NCBI GenBank assembly: GCA_050250895.1
Contig: JBFWNU010000001.1
Location: 2,406,210-2,470,209 of the forward strand
DNA length: 64,000 bases
From: Vulcanimicrobiota bacterium
GTDB lineage: Bacteria; Vulcanimicrobiota; Xenobia; Xenobiales; JADMJV01
Direction: 5' to 3'
Shown: piece after piece, positions 1 to 7,139 of the stretch
How the letters are laid out: every line of letters begins with the position of its first letter
How positions within the stretch are numbered: the first letter of the stretch is position 1
Notes under the pieces: model-generated
Database searches by the model: none
What the model was told of the DNA's origin: nothing
The model's input: the letters and a program-made list of their open reading frames with translations, nothing else
Position numbers and translations under genes: made by a program

Positions 1-402
1 CTGCCAGCATCGGGGTGCCGGGATTGTCTCTCCAGCTGATGGCGGGGTCCATCATCCCCGCCGCCAACATCCCGAGAATCCCGCCAGCAAATACACCGAT
101 GACAAGACCGCCCAGGGCCGGCTGAGCGCTGCGAAGAGCGATCCCCACGCCGACGGCAGCGCCGGCGCCCGCTCCGATGCCGGCACAGGTCTTCATGCAA
201 GCTTCGCTGCCGAACCACTCGTAGCGTTCCGACTTGTGCTGAGCGTAGCGATACATGTCGTAGACGGTTTCGCCTCGGGTCTTTCCAAGGGTAACCAGAT
301 CCTGGCTGATGGTGCCGGCCAGTTGCTCGTCACCCTTGCTGAGGGCGGCCTGCTGTCGTCTGCGCAGTGCGTCCATGGCCTGTTGGCGGGGCATTGATCC
401 AA
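1..402 (-). CDS. hypothetical glycine-zipper membrane protein (3' end beyond window); paralog of 465..1262
   Basis: Reverse translation from ATG at 402 (SD 'aggag' upstream) gives MKVGSMPRQQAMDALRRRQQAALSKGDEQLAGTIS..., followed by a Gly/Ala-rich TM segment. About 60% identical to the neighbouring gene's N-terminus. Confidence 0.55.
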
Positions 403-464
403 CTTTCATGATGTTTCTCCTAGGTAGTGTGTGCGTGATCCGAAGTTGGACGGGGTTTACCAGG

Positions 465-1262
465 CTATTTGGTGACGGGCAGGGATTGGTCGCCGACGCG
501 CACTTCGTCTTGCATCCAATCCAGGTCGACCTGGCTGGTGCTGGCCTGCAGATATTGTTTGAGTTCTTCGGCGCTCAAGCGCCGGCTCAGCAGGCTGTGT
601 AGCGAACCGATGGTGGCACCGTTGCGGTTCTCGACCGCCCAGGTGTGCAACTGGCTCAAGCCCATTTCTGAGTGAGCCGAGAAATATTTGGCCCCCCGAT
701 CGAGCTGGAAGGCCCTGGGCAGATCGCCCAGGTCAGAGTACCTCTGATGGTCCTGGGTGAGTTGCTCGAGAATCTCGCCCCGGGAAACCACGGGTAATGG
801 CGGGGTAGGGTTCTGACCTTCGCGGGCCAGCAAGACGCTGCTGCGCTCGAGGGCGGCGAGGATGGGGGCGCCAGGATCCGACATGTTCATGGTGAACATC
901 GCCACCATGGTAGCGGCCATCACTCCCCCAAGCCCTCCGAAGACGGCGCCGGCTACGAGGCCTCCCAGCACTGGCTGGGCGTTGGCCAGACTGACTCCGA
1001 CTCCTACGACGGTCCCCAGCACTGCCCCGGCCTTGGCCCCACGGCCCAACATCTCCGGCTCACTCCAATATCGAAAAACCTCCGACTTGCGCTGAGCGCC
1101 GTTGTACATGTCGTAGACGGTGTCGCCGCGGACGCCCTGTAGAGTGGCCAGGTCGGTGCTGATAGTGCCGGCCAGAGTTTCGTCGCCCTCGCTGAGGGCT
1201 TTTTGCTGCTGTCTGCGCAGCGCTTCCATCGCCTGGGAGCGAGGCATCGATCCAACTTTCAT
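465..1262 (-). CDS. hypothetical glycine-zipper membrane protein
   Basis: Internal Met of the 349-aa ORF (MKVGSMPRSQAMEALRR...), preceded by 'acaggagaacacag' SD. GxxxG-rich TM segment (GAVLGTVVGVGV...GGLVAGAVFGGLGG). The upstream ORF extension merely translates the tandem DNA repeat. Confidence 0.6.
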   Translation of the reverse strand: MKVGSMPRSQAMEALRRQQQKALSEGDETLAGTISTDLATLQGVRGDTVYDMYNGAQRKSEVFRYWSEPEMLGRGAKAGAVLGTVVGVGVSLANAQPVLGGLVAGAVFGGLGGVMAATMVAMFTMNMSDPGAPILAALERSSVLLAREGQNPTPPLPVVSRGEILEQLTQDHQRYSDLGDLPRAFQLDRGAKYFSAHSEMGLSQLHTWAVENRNGATIGSLHSLLSRRLSAEELKQYLQASTSQVDLDWMQDEVRVGDQSLPVTK

Positions 1263-1354
1263 CTGTGTTCTCCTGTGTGTGTCAGTAGTGAGAAAGCTGG
1301 ACCATGTCAGTGTAGCGGCTGAGGCCGGACTCCGGGTTGCCGGATTGTAAAAAA

Positions 1355-1790
1355 AAGGAGCGCTCGCTGCGCTCGAGGGAACAGGAGCGGCCTGCGGCCG
1401 GGCAAAGGAGCGAACTGAGCTGCGCTCAATTCGGGAGAAGGAGCTCATCGCTGCGCTCGAGGGAACAGGAGCGGCCTTCGGCCGGGCAAAGGAGCGAATT
1501 GAGCTGTCGCTCAATTCGGGAGAAGGAGCTCATCGCTGCGCTCGAGGGAACAGGAGCGGCCTGCGGCCGGGCAAAGGAGCGAACTGAGCTGCGCTCAGTT
1601 CCAGAGCGGCTTCGCCGCTCTTTTCAGCCGCAGGCTGCTCCCTGTCGACGCGCAGCGTCGAAGTCTCCGCGCGAAGCGCACGGCTCCTTCTCCCGACGAC
1701 GCAGTCGGCGCTCCCTGTCGGCCGCAGGCCGACGTCTCCGCGCGAAGCGCCCGGCTCCTTCTCTCGGCGGCGAAGCCGCTGCTCCCCGCT
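1355..1790. repeat. complex intergenic repeat: ~84-bp unit x3 in direct tandem (1355-1606) followed by degenerate inverted copies (1610-1790)
   Basis: Unit 'aaggagc..cgctgcgctcgagggaacaggagcggcctgcggccgggcaaaggagcgaactgagctgcgctcaattcgggag' repeated three times with a few substitutions. 1620-1790 holds reverse-complement-like copies (cgctgcgcgtcgacagggagcagcctgcgg; ctccttctcccg). Confidence 0.8.
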
Positions 1791-2136
1791 AAGCGGCGTA
1801 TTCGGTCCACATGCAGTTGGCGATCCAGTCGGCCAGCTGGGCTTTGGCTTTGGTGTCGGCCTGGTGAAAGCGCACTCCCACCACTACGGTGTCGGCGCCG
1901 GCCTCGGTCTGCCACATCTGGCGGGCGGTGACTTTGACCACTTCGCCGTTGCTCAGTTCGAGCTGCAGCTGCAGGAAGGGGCCGGCTTCGGCTTCGCGGC
2001 GAGAGACCAACAGGCGGGCACCCGAATAGCTCAGGTTGATGAGGCGGCCAGTTTGGAATTGCATGCTGGCGGCGCGGTAACGCAGGCTCAGGTTCTGTTT
2101 GATGCGGGTGGACCAGCGGCGGTTCTCGAGTTTCAT
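1789..2136 (-). CDS. PilZ-domain protein (c-di-GMP binding)
   Basis: RRWSTR (RxxxR) and NLSYSGARL (D/NxSxxG) motifs at PilZ-typical spacing; 115 aa. Confidence 0.7.
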   Translation of the reverse strand: MKLENRRWSTRIKQNLSLRYRAASMQFQTGRLINLSYSGARLLVSRREAEAGPFLQLQLELSNGEVVKVTARQMWQTEAGADTVVVGVRFHQADTKAKAQLADWIANCMWTEYAA

Positions 2137-2265
2137 TTGGGACCTCCAGGAAGATTTCTTGCTCTTAGTCTACGGATTTGCCGCCCTCGGTTCAGTGCCG
2201 ATGGTCACCGCCCAACGGTAGCGACCGACACAGGGGAGCCGCCCGCAAGCACGAAGGCCGCCTGC

Positions 2266-2958
2266 ATGGCGACAACGATGGTGCTCGATTCACGCTTCAA
2301 CGGCCCGGCCGATTCGGCCAATGGTGGCTACACTTGCGGGCGGCTGGCCGCCTATTTGTCGGGGCCGGTCGAGGTGACTCTGCGGGTGCCCCCGCCGCTG
2401 GGCGTCGAGCTGCAGGTCGAGCAAGAGGGCGACTGCGTCAGGTTGCTCGAGGGCAACACCCTGGTGGCCGAAGCCCGGCCCGCCACGCTCGAGCTGGTCT
2501 GTCCGCCTTCACCCGGGCTGGCCCGGGCCCAGGAGGCGGCCAAGAAATACGTCGGTCACGATCACCATCCGTTTCCGACTTGTTTTGTTTGTGGGCCGGG
2601 GCGGCCCGAGCACGAAGGCCTGCGCATCTTTGCCGGGCCCATCGGCGGCGGCAAGGTGGCCGCTCCCTGGACGCCTGATCCTGGTCTGGGTCGAGACGGG
2701 TTCGTACGACCCGAATTTCTCTGGTGTGCCTTGGACTGTCCTGGCGCCTTTGCGGTGGAGCAGAGTGAAGAGTCTCCCCGCGTCCTGGGCCGGCTGGTAG
2801 CCTCGCTCGAGCAGCCCTTGCCGGTAGCTCAGCCGGCCGTGGTGGTTGGTTGGTCGTTGGGGGTCGAGCGCCGCAAGGCCTTCGCCGGCACGGCCATCTA
2901 CGATCAGGCCGGCAAGCTGTGCGCCCGGGCCCGCGCCACCTGGATCGCCCTGCAATAG
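2266..2958 (+). CDS. hotdog-fold thioesterase family protein (PaaI/DUF4442-like)
   Basis: Internal Met of the 364-aa ORF (the upstream part is antisense to the PilZ gene). TCFVCGPGRPEHEGLRIF motif typical of thioesterase-superfamily proteins. Confidence 0.55.
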   Translation: MATTMVLDSRFNGPADSANGGYTCGRLAAYLSGPVEVTLRVPPPLGVELQVEQEGDCVRLLEGNTLVAEARPATLELVCPPSPGLARAQEAAKKYVGHDHHPFPTCFVCGPGRPEHEGLRIFAGPIGGGKVAAPWTPDPGLGRDGFVRPEFLWCALDCPGAFAVEQSEESPRVLGRLVASLEQPLPVAQPAVVVGWSLGVERRKAFAGTAIYDQAGKLCARARATWIALQ

Positions 2959-4071
2959 ATGGAGCGCTCTCTCGAGAGCTTTCTTGACAGCGAGCGCCAA
3001 CTCGGCCAGCTCGACTCGAGCGGTACCTTTACGCTCGACGCCCACCGCAGCCGACTCAAGCTGGCCCAGTTCCAGCTGGCCAAACGCAGCTACTGGGTGC
3101 TCAAACTGGTGCAAGCCGCGGTTGGCTCGGGGGCCGACCAGGTCGAAGTGACGCTAGGGCGCGACGTCGACTGGGTTCGCTTCGAGCCGACCCTGACCTG
3201 TGAACTCGACCAGCTCATCGCCCACCTCCAGCAACCGGAAGGTCGTTCTGGTTGGCTGGGCGACTTCGCCACCGGCGTCAACGCCATTCTCAGTCAGAGG
3301 CCGAAGACCGTGCTGGTGGGCAGTCCCGACTGGAACTTGCGTCTGGCCGACGGTCATCTTCAGGTCTTTCCGGGCACCTCACCGATGCCGGGTTGGACCG
3401 TGGCGGTGCGCTCGCGCGGAGGCGTCATGGCCTGGGTGGCCGGCGATTCTCGCCACCGGGCCGAAATGGCCGAGGCGATCACCACCCGCTGTTGTTATTG
3501 TCCGGTTCCTATCCTGCTCGACCAGCGGGTGCTGATGCGGGGGGAGCTCAATCCCGACTGGGGGACCCACCCGCGGGGCCGCCGAGGTCAGGAGTTATCT
3601 CGTTTGTTTTATCTGGCTCAGGCCCATCTCGGCCAGGCCAACCGGTTGGCTCGGCTGCGCCCCACCGCGGCCATGCCCGACGGTGGTATCGGTGTTCGTC
3701 ATTGTGACAGCCTGTATTTTCGCGAGGCTACCTCGGACCTTTGTGCCTTTCTGGCCGTACCGCTCGGCTTGCGCGGCCCGGGGCGAGTCGACTTTGTGCA
3801 GTCGGGAGTGATCGTGGACCGGCACCACCTCGATCTGGGAGTCGAGGGCGCTCAGGTGGTGGTGGACGGTCCCGGGCTCTCGGTCGACCTTTCTCACTTT
3901 CAACTGATCGAGAACCCCGCTTACCAGGCTCTGGTGGCGCGCTTGCGCGAAGAGGTCAGGTTGCTGGTCGAAGTCGCCTCGGGCCATCTCGACTTGCTGG
4001 GCCAGGATAGCGCCAACCTCGAGAAGTATGTGCGCTTTCGCCTGGCTCTGCTGAAGGAGCCCGAGTTCTAA
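2959..4071 (+). CDS. hypothetical protein
   Basis: 370-aa ORF; ATG immediately follows the upstream stop (coupled). No recognisable motif. Confidence 0.55.
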   Translation: MERSLESFLDSERQLGQLDSSGTFTLDAHRSRLKLAQFQLAKRSYWVLKLVQAAVGSGADQVEVTLGRDVDWVRFEPTLTCELDQLIAHLQQPEGRSGWLGDFATGVNAILSQRPKTVLVGSPDWNLRLADGHLQVFPGTSPMPGWTVAVRSRGGVMAWVAGDSRHRAEMAEAITTRCCYCPVPILLDQRVLMRGELNPDWGTHPRGRRGQELSRLFYLAQAHLGQANRLARLRPTAAMPDGGIGVRHCDSLYFREATSDLCAFLAVPLGLRGPGRVDFVQSGVIVDRHHLDLGVEGAQVVVDGPGLSVDLSHFQLIENPAYQALVARLREEVRLLVEVASGHLDLLGQDSANLEKYVRFRLALLKEPEF

Positions 4072-4088
4072 GCTGGGAAATTCAGAGG

Positions 4089-4694
4089 ATGAGCACTTTG
4101 GCTACCGCGACCTTCGCCCTGGGATGATTCTGGGGTCCTGACTCCCAGTTCGGGAGTGTGGCGGGAGTGGTCTCGACCCGGGTCGGATACGCCGGCGGCA
4201 CCACCATCAACCCGCACTATTACAAGATCGGCGACCACGCCGAGTGTCTCGAGGTCGACTTCGACCCTGAGAGGATCAGCTTTGCGCGTTTGTTGCACCT
4301 GTTCTGGCAGTGGCACAATCCCTTTCGCGCCGCCTGGTCAAGACAGTACATGTCGGCCATTCTCTCTCATGATGCCGGTCAGCGCGAGGTGGCTCTCGAG
4401 TCGGCGGCAGCCCTCGAAGCGGCCCGGGGTCAAAAGGTCTGCACCGAAATCTTGCCCTATGAGGGCATGACTTTGGCCGAGGACTATCATCAGAAGTATT
4501 TCCTGCGCCGCAACCATCTGGTGACTCGGGAGTTCGAGCAGCAGTTTCCGCTGTTACGTGACTTCGTCGACAGTTCGGCGGTGACGCGGGCCAATGCCGT
4601 CTTTGGCGGACATCTCAAACTCGAACCGACCGAGGTCGACCACTTCGGGCTCTCGCCGCGAGCCGCTCAGGCCCTGCTTCGCGCACGTTGGTAG
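4089..4694 (+). CDS. msrA: peptide methionine sulfoxide reductase MsrA with in-frame TGA (4125-4127) at the catalytic Cys position; putative selenoprotein
   Basis: ATG at 4089 gives MSTLATATFALG-TGA-FWGPDSQFGSVAGVVSTRVGYAGGTTINPHYYKIGDHAECLEVDFDP... This matches the MsrA signature AxFAxG-C-FWGxE....GVxSTxVGYxGG, with TGA exactly where the catalytic Cys (GCFWG) sits. A hairpin (4141-4157) lies 13 nt downstream of the TGA. Confidence 0.7.
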
Positions 4695-4758
4695 ACTAAA
4701 CCCAGATGATGCGCGAGCGAACCTTGTCTTGCCGCGGCTCGGCTACGCATCACCTGGG

Positions 4759-5733
4759 TTAAAGGTCGGTGTCGAGCAATTCCTCGATGCTCATGTCCGA
4801 GAGCCCCAGTTGGCGTCCGACCCTAAGCACGAAATCCCGCTCGGAGGGGTGCTGGTGACCATCGGCTCGAGCCAGGGCGATGAGATCGATGATGGCTGCC
4901 AGCTTTTGGCCCGGTTGCTCTTCAAAGGCGGTGAAGTCGATGGGAGGGGACTCGCCGCTCTCGAGGTACCCGCGCAGCTCACGCCGGGCGGCAGCCGGCA
5001 GTTCGGGGCTCTCGACCAGGGGTAACAAGAAGCGGCGCTCGAGGGCGTGCAGCTCTTCATCGGCCTGGGCCAGGCTGATCATCAGCTTCAGACGTTCGAA
5101 TTCAAGCGGGCTGACCGGCCCTTCGACCGACGGGTCCGGCTCGACGATGCGAACCTCTTGACTGAGCAGCAGGGTGGCGTGCTGAGCGACCTTGCGACTA
5201 AGATGGTTGGCCCAGATGCCTAAGGCCGAGCCGGCGGCTTGAGGTACGAAGCGAACCAGGACCGACCTCAGGATGCGCTCGCTGATTTGCTCGGCCACTC
5301 TCTGGTTGAGTTCGGCCGCCAGCCCCGCCGAGCCGGTTTGCACGGTCAGGCCCTCTTTGCCCACGCTCAGCACGCCTTCGGCTCGACCGTCGACACCGAG
5401 CAGCACGATGCCCATCAGCAATTCACCGGGGACTTCGGTATGGCCGTGGATGGCGGCCAGATCATAGACCAATCGCAACTGGTCACCCACCACCTCGACC
5501 ACCACCGGCACGATGGCCAGCACCGCCCCGGGCCCCCCCGTCAATTGGCTCGACAGCACTCGCTGAGCGCAGCTCTGGGCGCATTGTTCGACCAGGCGCC
5601 CGACGGCTTCGAGCGGGGGAGCGGGATGACGTTGGTAAAATTCGGACCGCTCGGCCAGCACCGAGGCCACCACGCTGGGCAGCTTCGAAGTGATGGCCGC
5701 CTGGGTCTGGGCGGCGAGGCTAGAATAGGACAT
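4759..5733 (-). CDS. hypothetical protein with TerB-like C-terminal region
   Basis: Internal Met (MSYSSLAAQTQ...) of the 389-aa ORF. C-terminus (DGHQHPSERDFVLRVGRQLGLSDMSIEELL) resembles TerB/DjlA-N-like helical domains. Its start lies divergent from the kinase gene. Confidence 0.5.
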   Translation of the reverse strand: MSYSSLAAQTQAAITSKLPSVVASVLAERSEFYQRHPAPPLEAVGRLVEQCAQSCAQRVLSSQLTGGPGAVLAIVPVVVEVVGDQLRLVYDLAAIHGHTEVPGELLMGIVLLGVDGRAEGVLSVGKEGLTVQTGSAGLAAELNQRVAEQISERILRSVLVRFVPQAAGSALGIWANHLSRKVAQHATLLLSQEVRIVEPDPSVEGPVSPLEFERLKLMISLAQADEELHALERRFLLPLVESPELPAAARRELRGYLESGESPPIDFTAFEEQPGQKLAAIIDLIALARADGHQHPSERDFVLRVGRQLGLSDMSIEELLDTDL

Positions 5734-5851
5734 GGCCAGGGCTTCTCTTTGGCCAGGCCGCGTCCTTTTGAGAGGGCCAAAGGCTCCCTTTCGCGGTGCG
5801 TCGAACTCTAGTGGAGTGGGCGGTTTCTGGGTGTCTCGAATTGGCCTCGGG

Positions 5852-7138
5852 ATGGGGCTGCTGTGGCTGCTCGCCGGTGGCGTTCGGGCTGACGACTGGC
5901 ATTCCGTCGTTTTCGAGAGCAAACCCAACGGGGCCCAGATCGTGGACCTCTACGACAACGAGATTGGCCGCACGGGTGCCCCCTGCCGCTTGAATCTCGA
6001 TAATTTCAGCGAAGTGGTGGACCTCGAACTGCGTGCGCCCGGCTATCGGACTTTCGCCTTCTCGATGCGCAAGAGCAAGTTCTCGAAGGCCGAACGCTTG
6101 CCTGAAGAGGGCGCCTATGTGCTCGAGCCGGTCAGCCCCGGGGCCATGGTCGGGCTCTTCCTGCGGCGCTGGTGGTGGGTCTTGCTGGCCGGGGTGGCGG
6201 GGGCGACCCTGGCCGCGAGACGACATCTGACGGTGCGCGCCCGGGCGCGGCGGGAGCGGGCCCTCGAAACGCTCGAGGCCAGCGCCAACGGTTCTTTGGC
6301 CATGGCTCGGGTGGGAGGCTACGTCGTGGTCGACAAGTTGGGCGTAGGCGGCATGGCCAGCGTTTACCGGGCGGTGCCCGAGAAGGACCCCGAGCGAGGC
6401 CAGCCGGTGGCGATCAAGGTGCTTCACCGAGAGCTTTCCAGTGATCCAGACTATCGCGAACGGTTTTTGAGGGAAGTCAAGATCTGCGCGGGCCTCAACC
6501 ATCCCTCCATCGTGCGGCTGTATGACTGGGGCCAGTTTCAGCATGCGGGTCAGGAGCGGGATTACCTGGTCATGGAGATGGTCGAAGGTTGCTCTTTGCG
6601 CCAGAAGATGGCCTCCGAGGGCTTGCCGGCCAGTGAGGCGATGGCTTTCCTCGAGCCCATCTGCAAAGGGGTGCACTTCGCTAATTCGCGCGGAATTGTG
6701 CATCGCGACTTAAAACCCGAGAACATCATGGTCACCACGGCCGGGCGGGTCAAAGTGATGGACTTTGGTCTGGCCCGCAACCAGAACCTCGACCGCATCA
6801 CCAAGACCGGCGTCACCCTGGGCACCCCCGCCTATATGGCGCCCGAGCAGATTCGCGGTCAGGATCCCGAGGCCACCATCGACCAGTATGCGGTGGGTGT
6901 GCTCGCCTATGAACTGTTCACCGGTCGGCTACCCTTTCAGGACCAGGACCCTATCACGCTGATCTACCGTCATCTTGAAGAGGAGCCGCCGCCGCCTCGA
7001 CAGTTCAAACCAGACCTGGCCGAGAGCCTCAATCAGATCCTCTTGCAGATGCTCGAAAAAGATCCCGAGTTGCGTTTTCGCGACCTGGAGGAAGCCTTGC
7101 GAGCACTGCAGTCGGCAGTGGGGGTCGAAGTTGGTTGA
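5852..7138 (+). CDS. receptor-like Ser/Thr protein kinase (Hanks type): N-terminal signal peptide + PEGA-like extracytoplasmic domain, single TM, C-terminal kinase
   Basis: Signal peptide MGLLWLLAGGVRA; PEGA-like segment SKPNGAQIVDLYDNEIGRTGAPCRL; TM GLFLRRWWWVLLAGVAGATLAA. Kinase motifs: GVGGMASVY, AIK, HRDLKPEN, DFG, APE. Start chosen to leave room for divergent promoters; the 5732 ATG is the alternative. Confidence 0.75.
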   Translation: MGLLWLLAGGVRADDWHSVVFESKPNGAQIVDLYDNEIGRTGAPCRLNLDNFSEVVDLELRAPGYRTFAFSMRKSKFSKAERLPEEGAYVLEPVSPGAMVGLFLRRWWWVLLAGVAGATLAARRHLTVRARARRERALETLEASANGSLAMARVGGYVVVDKLGVGGMASVYRAVPEKDPERGQPVAIKVLHRELSSDPDYRERFLREVKICAGLNHPSIVRLYDWGQFQHAGQERDYLVMEMVEGCSLRQKMASEGLPASEAMAFLEPICKGVHFANSRGIVHRDLKPENIMVTTAGRVKVMDFGLARNQNLDRITKTGVTLGTPAYMAPEQIRGQDPEATIDQYAVGVLAYELFTGRLPFQDQDPITLIYRHLEEEPPPPRQFKPDLAESLNQILLQMLEKDPELRFRDLEEALRALQSAVGVEVG

Positions 7139-7139
7139 G

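Noticed and set aside
1355-1790. Possible CRISPR array
   Set aside because: Units are ~84 bp and contiguous with no unique spacers; the inverted copies are inconsistent with CRISPR.
1337-1792. 151-aa + strand ORF and the N-terminal extension of 465..1514 across the tandem repeat
   Set aside because: Both merely translate the 84-bp DNA repeat (periodic peptide SLRSREQERP... / SFARPxAAPVPSSAA). The downstream gene has a proper SD and ATG at 1262.
1864-2265. N-terminal 134 codons of the 364-aa ORF as part of the thioesterase gene
   Set aside because: This part is antisense to the PilZ gene and low-complexity (AGLGLPHLAGG...); the thioesterase motifs begin after the internal Met at 2266.
4125-4127. 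msrA TGA as a pseudogene or sequencing error
   Set aside because: Considered. The stop falls exactly on the catalytic Cys codon of an otherwise intact, well-conserved frame with its own ATG 12 codons upstream, and a hairpin follows at SECIS distance. Selenocysteine is the more economical reading. It is still listed as needing verification.
5732-5851. ATG at 5732 as kinase start (overlapping the divergent gene's start, catg)
   Set aside because: It would leave zero intergenic space for two divergent promoters and puts 40 non-hydrophobic residues ahead of the signal peptide. 5852 is preferred but not proven.
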